64,000 bases of DNA from contig NW_026948143.1 in NCBI RefSeq assembly GCF_963921235.1, positions 1 through 64,000 of the forward strand. The letters are read 5' to 3'. The stretch's first letter is position 1, and each line of letters begins with the position of its first letter. The translations under genes and the position numbers were made by a program. This stretch comes from Mobula hypostoma. Lineage: Eukaryota. This document shows positions 53,601-61,213 of this stretch, piece by piece. The notes under the pieces are model-generated. The model did no database searches and was not told the DNA's origin. It saw nothing but the letters and a program-made list of their open reading frames with translations.

Positions 53601-54950
53601 CAGAGGACAGTCTGCGGGAACTCAGTGAAAACACACAACAGTCAGTAGGAACTCAGTGAAAACACACGACAGTCTGCAGGAAGTCAGAGAAAACACGGGA
53701 CAGTCCGCAGAAACTCAGTGAAAACACGTGACAGTCTGCAGGAACTCAGTGAAAACACGGGACAGTCTGAAGGAACTCAATGTAAACACAGGACTGTGTT
53801 TAGGAACTCAGTGAAAACATGGGACAGGCTGCAAGAACTCAGTGAAAACACGGGACAGTCTGCAGGAACTCAGAGAAAACACTGGACAGTCTTCAGGAAC
53901 TCAGTGAGAACACACAACAGTCTGCTGGAACTCAGTGAAAACACACGACAGTCTGCAGCAACTCAGTGAGTAACCGAGGACAGTGCGCAGGAACTCAATG
54001 AAAACACAGGTTAGTCTGCTGGAACTCAGTGAAAACACACCACAGTCTGCAGGAAGTCAGAGAAAACACGGGACAGTCTGCTGGAACTCAGTGAAAACAC
54101 AGTACAGTCTGCAGGAAGTCTGAGAAAACACGGGACAGACTGCAGGAACTCAGTGAAAACACAGTACAGTCTGCAGTAAGTCTGAGAAAACACGGGACAG
54201 TCTGCAGGAACTCAGTGAAAACACGGGACAGTCTGCAGGAACTGAGTGAAAACACACGACAGTCTGCAGGAAGTCAGAGAAAACACGGGACGGTCTGCCG
54301 GAACTCAGTGAAAACACAGAATGTCTGCAGGAAATCAGAGAAAACACGTGACGGTCTTCAGAAACTCAGTGAAGACACGGGACAGTCTGCAGGAACTCAG
54401 TGAAAACACAGGACAGTCTGCTGGATCTCAGTGAAAACACACAACAGTCTGCAGGACATCAGTGAAAACATGGGACCATCTGCAGGAAGTCAGACAACAC
54501 ACGGGACAGTGTGCAGAAACTCAGTGAAAACATGGGACAGTCTGCAGGAAGTCATAGAAAACACAGGACTGTCTGTAGGAACTCAGTGAAAACACGGGAC
54601 AGACTGCAGGAACTCACTGAAAACACGGGACAGTCTGCAGGAACTCAGTGAAAACAGAGGACAGTCTGCGGGAACTCAGTGAAAACACACAACAGATTGT
54701 AGGAACTCAGTGAAAACACGGGACAGTCTGCAGGAAGTCAGAGAAAACACGGGACAGTCTGAAGGAACTCAGTGTAAACACAGGACAGTCTGCAGTAACT
54801 GTGTGAAAACACACGACAGTCTGCAGGAACTCAGAGAAAACACTGGACAGTCTGCAGGAACTCTGTGAAAACACAAGACAGTCTGCAGCAACTCAGTGAG
54901 AAACCGAGGACAGTGCGCAGGAACTCAGTGAAAACAGAGGTTAGTCTGCT
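32640..54950 (+). repeat. Satellite domain E: 776-bp HOR (25 monomers + 1 bp) re-amplified in larger 1.5-4.6 kb cassettes
   Basis: Near-identical 76-aa spurious ORFs spaced 776 bp (32642/33418, 36305/37081/37857, 44466/45242/46018, 47663/48439). A second marker ORF recurs at 38509, 42978, 46670, 49091 and 51139 (spacings 4,469, 3,692, 2,421, 2,048). The marker GACTGTGTTT(A/G)GG is private to this domain. Confidence 0.92.
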
Positions 54951-54959
54951 GGAACTCAG

Positions 54960-55092
54960 TGAAAATCTGAGGACAGTGCCCCGAACATAGTGTACTACAC
55001 TGGTCACTCCACAGGAAGTTGGGGAAAAGCACAGGAGAGTCTGCAGGATTCCGGTGATGAATACAGGACAGTGCGCAGGCATTCAGTGAGCA
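54960..55092 (+). repeat. About four heavily degenerate terminal satellite monomers at the array edge
   Basis: The 31-bp register is still traceable (e.g. CAGGAAGTTGGGGAAAAGCACAGGAGAGTCTG, CAGGATTCCGGTGATGAATACAGGACAGTGCG) but carries many substitutions not seen in the array body. Confidence 0.85.
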
Positions 55093-55096
55093 AGAC

Positions 55097-57540
55097 CCAA
55101 ATAACATTAGACATATAAGTAGAAGTAGGCCATTTGGCCCATTGAGTCTGCTCTACCATTCAATCATGTCTGATCTTTTCTTTTTTCTCTGCCTCAACCC
55201 CAGTCCCCAGCCTTCTTCCGTAACCTTTGATACCATGTCTATTCTAGAACCTATCAATCTCTGCCTTAAATACACCCAATGACCTGGCCTCCTCAGCTAC
55301 ACATGGCAATAGATGTCACAAATTCACCACCCTCTGGATAAGAAATTTCTCTACATCCCTGTTTTGAATGGATGCACCTCTATCCTGAGGCTATGCCCTC
55401 TTGTCCTAGACTCCCCCACCATGGGAAACATCCTTTCCACATCTACTCTGTCTAGGCCTTTCAACATCACCCCCTCATCCTTCTGAACTCTAGCGTGTGC
55501 TGACCCAGAGCCATCAAATGTTCCTTGTATGATAACCCTTTCATTCCTGGAATCATCCTTGTGAACCTCCTCTGGACCCTCTCCAATGCCAGCACATATT
55601 TTCTTAGATGAGGAGCCCAAAACTGTTCACAATACTCAAAGTGAGGCCTCACCAGTGCCTTTGTATCACATCCCTGCTCTTGTATTCTAGACCTCTTGAA
55701 AATAATACTAACATTGCATTTGCCCTCCTCACCACCAACTCAATCTGCAAGTTAACCTTTAGGTTGTTCTGCACAAGGACTCCCAAGTCCCTTTGCATCT
55801 CAGAGTTTTGGATTTTCTCCCAGTTTAGAAAATAGTTCGCACGTTTATTTCCACTACCAAAGTGCATTACCATGCATTTTCCAACATTGTATTTCATTTG
55901 CCACTTCCTTGCCCATTCTCCTCATCTGTCTAAGTCCTTTTGCATCCTACCTGTTTCTTCAACACTACCTGCTCTTCCACCAACCTTTATATCATCTGCA
56001 AACTTGGCAACAAAGCTATCTAATTCATCATCTAAATCATTTATATACAACAGGAAAAGAAGTGGTCCCAACACTGACCACTGTTGAACACCACCAGTAG
56101 CTGGCAGCCAACCAGTAAAGGATCATTTTATTCCCACTCGCTGCCTCCTACCAATCAGCCAATACTCTAAACATGTTCGTAACTTTCCTATAATACCACG
56201 GGCTCTTAACTTGGTAAGCAGCCTCATGTGTGGCACCTTGTCAAAGACCTTCTGAAAGTCCAAATATACAAGATCCACTACATTCCCTTTATCTATCCTA
56301 CTTGTAATCTCCTCAAAGAATACCAATAGGTTCATCAGGCAGGATTTTTCCTGAAGGAAACCCTGCTGACCTTGTACTATCTTATCCTGTGTCACCAAGA
56401 ACTCCATCACCTCATCCTTATCAATTGACTCTAACATTGTTCCAACCACTGAGGTCAGGCTAACTGGTCTATAATTTCCTTTCTACTGCCTTCCTCCCTT
56501 CTTAACAAGTGGAGTGACATTTGCAATTTTTCAGTCCTCTGGAAACCATGCCAGAGTCCAATAATATTTGAAAGATCATTTCCAATGCTGCCACAATCTC
56601 TAACGTACCTCTTTCAGAACCCTAGGGTGCAGTTCCTCTGGTCCGGGTGACTTATGTACCTTTAGGTCTTCCAGCTTTTTGAGCACCTTCTCCCTTGTAA
56701 CAGTAACTGCACCCACTTCTTTTCCTTCACACACTACAACATCTGGCACACTGCTAGTGTCTTCCACAGCGAAAACTGATGCAAAATACTTATTTAGTTC
56801 ATCTGCCATCTCCTTATCCCCGTAATTATTTCTCCTGCCTCATTTTCTAGCTGTCCCATATCCACTCTCATCTCTCTTTTCTTTTTTACATACTTGAAAA
56901 AGCTTTCATTATCCACTTTGATATTATTTGCTAGCTTGCTTTTATATTTCATCTTTTCCCTTCCAATGATTCTTTTTGTTGTTCTCTGTAAATTTTAAAA
57001 AACTTCACAATCCTCTATTTTCCCACTATTTTTTGCTTTGTTGTATGCCCTCTGTGTATGCAGTTTTACATTAGCTTTGACTTCCCTTGTCAGCCACGGT
57101 TGTACTATTTTACCATTTGAGTATTCCTTCATTTTTGGAATACACATGTCCTGCACCTTCCTCATTTTTCCCAGAAACTCACACCATTGCTGCTCTGCTG
57201 ACATCCCTGCCAGCAGCTCCTTCCAATTTACTTTGGTCAACTCCTCTCTCATATCACTGTAACTTCCCTTACTCCACTGAAATACTGCTACATCAGACTT
57301 TACTTTCTCCGTATCAAAGTTCAAGTTGAACACAATCATATTGTGATCACTGGTTCCTTTGGGTTCCTTTACCTTAAGCTCCCTAATCGCCTCCGGTTCA
57401 TTGCATAACACCCAATCCAATATAGCTGATCCCCTAGTAGGCTTAATGACAAACTGTTGTTAAAAGCCATCTCTTAGGTGTTCAACAAACTCACTCCCTT
57501 GAGACCCATAACCAACCTGATTTTCCCAGTCGATCTTCAT
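55097..57540 (-). mobile_element. Old CR1-clade LINE, 3' portion (3' UTR, RT domain, tether and end of the endonuclease); degenerate
   Basis: Minus-strand fragments translate to CR1 ORF2 motifs: DWVLCNEP...[43 protein letters not shown] (FADD at 55991-56002), RPHFEYCEQFWAP, TRGHSLRI, GIKGYG. There are many stops, frameshifts and small deletions. A decayed CATAAGA-like tail and GTAGGCCATTTGGCCC lie at ~55100-55140. Confidence 0.93.
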
Positions 57541-58117
57541 CTTTCAGATCAGGCGGGAGGAGAAGATGGCGGCACGACGCAGCTCGCAGCAGCCATTCCG
57601 GTGGTGATGTCTGTTATTTGTCAGGTAGGGTGCCGTGCACGATCCTGATTTGATGGAGATGGACGTGAGAGCACGGAGGAACATCTGGTGAAACTTCTGA
57701 AATGCCTGCTTCGCTGCTGCTGCTACTGTGTGATCCAGAATCTCCGGAGGGGAAGGCCCCAAATCCTCGGCCTTGCTTGTTGCTCGGTGGCCAGGGCGGG
57801 GTCGAAGCGCTCGGCAGAGGATGGTGCTCGGTGTCAGAGGGCTGGTTGGAGGCTCTAAATTTTCGGACAGACTCAGAGTCTGCTGCGGTCAGGTGCTTTC
57901 AGTGGTGTGGCATCGGCAAGTTTACGGCGCTTGGAGGTTCATGGCAGGGAGAGTTTCTCCCTTCTACCACCTGCGTGAGATGACGAGGCTATCAGGACTT
58001 TGAGACTTTTTTGTACCGTGCCCATGGTCTGCTCTTTGTCAAATTACGGTATTGCTTTGCACTGTTGTAACTATATGTTATAATTATGTGGGCTTTGTCA
58101 GTTTTAGTCTTGGTTTG
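57541..58117 (+). mobile_element. Non-coding (non-autonomous) retroelement, 5' part; inserted in the old CR1
   Basis: Abrupt switch from CR1 coding sequence to a GC/CpG-rich head (GGCGGGAGGAGAAGATGGCGGCACGACGCAGCTCGC) grading into a T-rich body. It has no credible ORF and continues at 60505 across a GTTTG duplication. Confidence 0.82.
57563..57573 (+). promoter_or_regulatory. YY1-type motif (AAGATGGCGGC) near the element's 5' end; candidate internal Pol II promoter
   Basis: Matches the YY1 consensus AANATGGCG. The context GGGAGGAG-AAGATGGC resembles the YY1 site at the start of the human L1 5' UTR. Function is inferred only. Confidence 0.5.
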
Positions 58118-58153
58118 CTTCTTCACAGAAAACATAGAAAAACATTGAAAATA

Positions 58154-58220
58154 GGTGCAGGAGTAGGCCATTCGGCCCTTTGAGCCTGCACCGCCATTTA
58201 TTATGATCATGGCTGATCAT
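58154..58220 (-). other. CR1 3'-UTR stem-loops adjacent to the tail
   Basis: A perfect 8-bp inverted repeat, GGTGCAGG (58154-58161) / CCTGCACC (58185-58192), encloses GGCC-ATTC-GGCC. A second hairpin, ATGATCA-TGGC-TGATCAT, lies at 58203-58220. Confidence 0.7.
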
Positions 58221-58225
58221 CCAAC

Positions 58226-60504
58226 TCAGAACCCTGCACCAGCCTTCCCTCCATACCCTCTGATCCCCCGAGCTACAAGGGCCATATCTAACTCCCTCTT
58301 AAATATAGCCAATGAACTGGCCTCAACTGTTTCCTGTGGCAGAGAATTCCACAGATTCACCACTCTCTGTGTGAAAAAGTTTTTCCTAATCTCAGTCCTA
58401 AAAGGCTTCGCCTTTATCCTCAAACTGTGACCCCTCGTTCTGGACTTCCCCAACATCGGGAACAATCTTCCTGCATCTAGCCTGTCCAATCCCTTTAGGA
58501 TTTTATACGTTTCAATCAGATCCCCCCTCAATCTTCTAAATTCCAACGAGTACAAGCCCAGTTCATCCAGTCTTTCTTCATATGAAAGTCCTGCCATCTC
58601 AGGAATCAATCTGGTGAACCTTCTTTGTACTCCCTCTATGGCAAGGATGCCTTTCCTCAAATTAGGGGACCAAAACTGCACACAATACTCCAGGTGTGGT
58701 CTCACCAAGGCCTTGTACAACTGCAGTAGTACCTCCCTGCTCCTGTACTCAAATCCTCTTGCTATAAATGCCAGCATACCATTCGCCTTTTTCACCGCCT
58801 GCTGTACCTGCATGCCCACTTTCAATGACTGGTGTATAATGACACCCAGGTCTCGTTGCACCTCCCCTTTTCCTAATCGGCCACCGTTCAGATAATAATC
58901 TGTTTTCCTGTTTTTGCCACCAAAGTGGATAACTTCACATTTATCCACATTAAATTGCATCTGCTATGAATTTGCTCACTCACCCAACCTATCCAAGTCA
59001 CCCTGCATCCTCTTAGCATCCTCCTCACAGCTAACACTGCCGCCCAGCTTCGTGTCATCCACAAACTTGGAGATGCTGCATTTAATTCCCTCATCCAAGT
59101 CATTAATATATATTGTAAACAACTGGGGTCCCAGCACTGAGCCTTGCGGTACCCCACTAGTCACTGCCTGCCATTCTGAAAAGGTCCCGTTTATTCCCAC
59201 TCTTTGCTTCCTGTCTGCTAACCAATTCTCTATCCACATCAATACCTTACCCCCAATACCGTGTGCTTTAAGTTTGCATACTAATCTCCTGTGTGGGACC
59301 TTGTCAAAAGCCTTTTGAAAATCCAAATATACCACATCCACTGGTTCTCCCTTATCCACTCTACTAGTTACATCCTCAAAAAATTCTATGAGATTCGCCA
59401 GACATGATTTTCCTTTCACAAATCCATGCTGACTTTGTCTGATGATTTCACCACTTTCCAAATGTGCTGTTATCACATCTTTGATAACTGACTCCAGCAG
59501 TTTCCCCACCACCGACGTTAGGCTAACCGGTCTATAATTCCCCGGTTTCTCTCTCCCTCCTTTTTTAAAAAGTGGGGTTACATTAGCCACCCTCCAATCC
59601 TCAGGAACTAGTCCAGAATCTAACGAGTTTTGAAAAATTATCACTAATGCATCCACTATTTCTTGGGCTACTTCCTTAAGCACTCTGGGATGCAGACCAT
59701 CTCGCCCTGGGGATTTATCTGCCTTTAATCCCTTCAATTTACCTCACACCACTTCCCTACTAACATGTATTTCGCTCAGTTCCTCCATCTCACTGGACCC
59801 TCTGTCCCCTACTATTTCTGGAAGAATTATTTATGTCCTCCTTAGTGAAGACAGAACCAAAGTAATTATTCAATTGATCTGCCATGTCCTTGCTCCCCAT
59901 AATCAATTCACCTGTTTCTGTCTGTAGGGGACCTACATTTGTTTTTACCAGTCTTTTCCTTTTTACATATCTATAAAAGCTTTTACAGTTAGTTTTTATG
60001 TTCCCTGCCAGTTTCCTCTCATAATCTTTTTTCCCCTTCCTAATTAAGCCCTTTGTCCTCCTCTACTGAACTCTGAATTTCTCCCAGTCCTCAGGTGAGC
60101 CACTTTTTCTGGCTAATTTGTACGCTTCTTCTTTGGAATTGATACTATCCCTAATTTCTCTTGTCAGCCACGGGTGCACTACCTTTCTTGATTTATTCTT
60201 TTGCCAAACTGGGATGAACAATTGTTGTAGTTCATCCATGCAATCTTTAAATGCTTGCCATTGCATATCCACCGTCAATCCTTTAAGTGTCATTTGCCAG
60301 TCTATCTTAGCTAATTCACGTCTCATACCTTCAAAGTTACCCCTCTTTAAGTTCAGAACCTTTGTTTCTGAATTAACTATGTCACTCTCCATCTTAATGA
60401 AGAATTCCACCATATTATGGTCACTCTTACCCAAGGGGCCTCTCACGACAAGATTGCTAATTAACCCTTCCTCATTGCTCAAAACCCAGTCTAGAATAGC
60501 CTGT
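58226..60504 (-). pseudogene. CR1 ORF2 remnant (C-terminal endonuclease fragment plus reverse transcriptase), disrupted
   Basis: ORF segments 60063-60504, 58976-59737 and 58226-58960 contain [47 protein letters not shown] and KFVDD (FVDD at 59054-59065; CR1 normally has FADD). In-frame stops occur at ~60063, 58976 and ~58964. Confidence 0.93.
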
Positions 60505-60614
60505 GTTTGTCCTGTGTTTCTTGTGATATCATTCTGGAGGAACATTGTATCATTTTTTAATGCATGCATTTCTAAGTGACAATAAACGAGGACTGAGTGT
60601 CGTCATAATCTAAT
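60505..60614 (+). mobile_element. Non-coding retroelement, 3' part with AATAAA, stem-loop and short (AATCT) tail
   Basis: Continues the T-rich body (...AGTCTTGGTTTG|TCCTGTGTTTC...). It contains the palindrome AATGCATGCATT (60559-60570), TGACAATAAA (AATAAA at 60581-60586) and the hairpin GAGGAC-TGAGT-GTCGTC (60588-60604, one mismatch), and ends ATAATCTAAT. Confidence 0.8.
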
Positions 60615-61050
60615 GTTAAAATCTCCCATGACTGCTATAACATTGTCTTTTTGACACACCTTTTCTATTTACTGCTGTAATCTGTGGTCCACCTCCCGGC
60701 CACTGTTGGGAGTCCAGTATTTAACTGCCATCTGGGTCCTTTTACACTTGCAGGTTCTTAACTCAACCCACAAGGATTCAACATCTTCCGATCCTATGTC
60801 ACATTTTCTACTGATTTGATGCCATTCTTTACCAGTGGAACCACGCCTCCTCTTCTGTCTAATTTCCTATCCCTCCGATACAATGTGTAACCTTGGACAT
60901 TCAGCTCCCAACACATCATCTTTCAGCCACGATTCAGTGATGACCACAACATCATTCCCAGCAATCTGAAATCGTGCAACAAGATCGTACATCTTATTTC
61001 TTGTAATCCGTGCATTGCAATACAACTCCTTGCGTACCGTATTTGCTACC
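60615..61050 (-). mobile_element. Old CR1 LINE, 5' continuation: N-terminal APE-type endonuclease region of ORF2
   Basis: Minus strand reads LYCNARITRNK...VVVITESWL...GYTLYRRDR...GGV...ESLWVEL...NVIAVMGDFN and joins in frame to MKIDWENQVG, which ends at 57540. Confidence 0.92.
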
Positions 61051-61076
61051 TTTTTTTTGTAATTCAAATCTTTATT
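61051..61076 (-). terminator. L1 polyadenylation signal and poly(A) remnant
   Basis: Minus strand reads AATAAAGATTTGAATTACAAAAAAAA. Confidence 0.8.
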
Positions 61077-61213
61077 ATTTATTCTTATTTTACAAAGCAG
61101 CACCGCATGTTTTAGAGCAGATAGAGTACAGCATATTTACACAGCCATCCCATGACAGGAAAACAAGTAAAACTTAGAAACAGAAAGAAGTTCTAATTTA
61201 AGTTTAAATTAAC

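Larger units (their letters stand above)
1..55090 (+). repeat. 31-bp tandem satellite array, ~1,780 monomers, single orientation, extends past the left window edge
   Basis: Continuous head-to-tail repetition of CAGGAACTCAGTGAAAACAC(G/A)GGACAGTCTG, with CTGCAG (PstI) in most monomers. The CGGG-type consensus has 11 A, 4 T, 9 G and 7 C. I saw no inversion or foreign insert. Confidence 0.99.
58118..60504 (-). mobile_element. Younger 5'-truncated CR1-clade LINE (different family), inserted in the non-coding element
   Basis: Flanked by GTTTG at 58113-58117 and 60505-60509. The 3' tail of CATAGAAA-like units (as read on +) is at ~58124-58150. Long, well-preserved ORF2 segments run from QAILDWVLSNE at the truncation point to ...GIRGYGGKAGAGF*. 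Confidence 0.96.

Noticed and set aside
5530..54355. E-box CACGTG(AC) in a recurrent monomer variant
   Set aside because: It is one substitution from CACGGG and is multiplied by array amplification; there is no evidence of regulatory function.
1..55090. CRISPR-like array (repeat length ~31 bp with variable positions)
   Set aside because: There are no unique spacers, monomers are directly adjacent, no cas genes are present, and the context is eukaryotic LINEs.
1..55090. CENP-B box resemblance (TCAGTGAAAACACGGGA vs NTTCGNNNNANNCGGGN)
   Set aside because: Only the A and CGGG match (5 of 9 essential bases); the TTCG half is absent.
1..55090. V(D)J recombination signal-like words (CACAG.., AAAAC)
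   Set aside because: There is no ACAAAAACC nonamer at 12- or 23-bp spacing from a CACAGTG heptamer, and no Ig/TCR segments.
302..55107. About 130 short ORFs (60-136 aa) on both strands of the satellite, e.g. MKTQDSLQELSEN... and MFSLSSCRLS...
   Set aside because: 31 is not a multiple of 3 and each consensus monomer has TGA on both strands, so a stop returns every third monomer unless a variant removes it. Starts are mostly GTG/TTG, and the peptides cycle through three frames of the same repeat. I used them only as period markers.
57544..58210. ORFs of 72-93 aa within the non-coding element
   Set aside because: They overlap in several frames in GC-rich sequence, show no recognisable domain, and one crosses an insertion junction.
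58960..58980. Two nearby probable TGG-to-stop changes (TGA, TAG) as deaminase hypermutation
   Set aside because: Only two events, while many other Trp codons in this CR1 are intact; ordinary decay explains it.
60505..60569. N-terminal MHALKNDTMFLQNDITRNTGQT of ORF 60063..60569 as a CR1 start
   Set aside because: It is chance read-through from the antisense strand of the host element across the 5' truncation point; CR1 homology begins at QAILDW.
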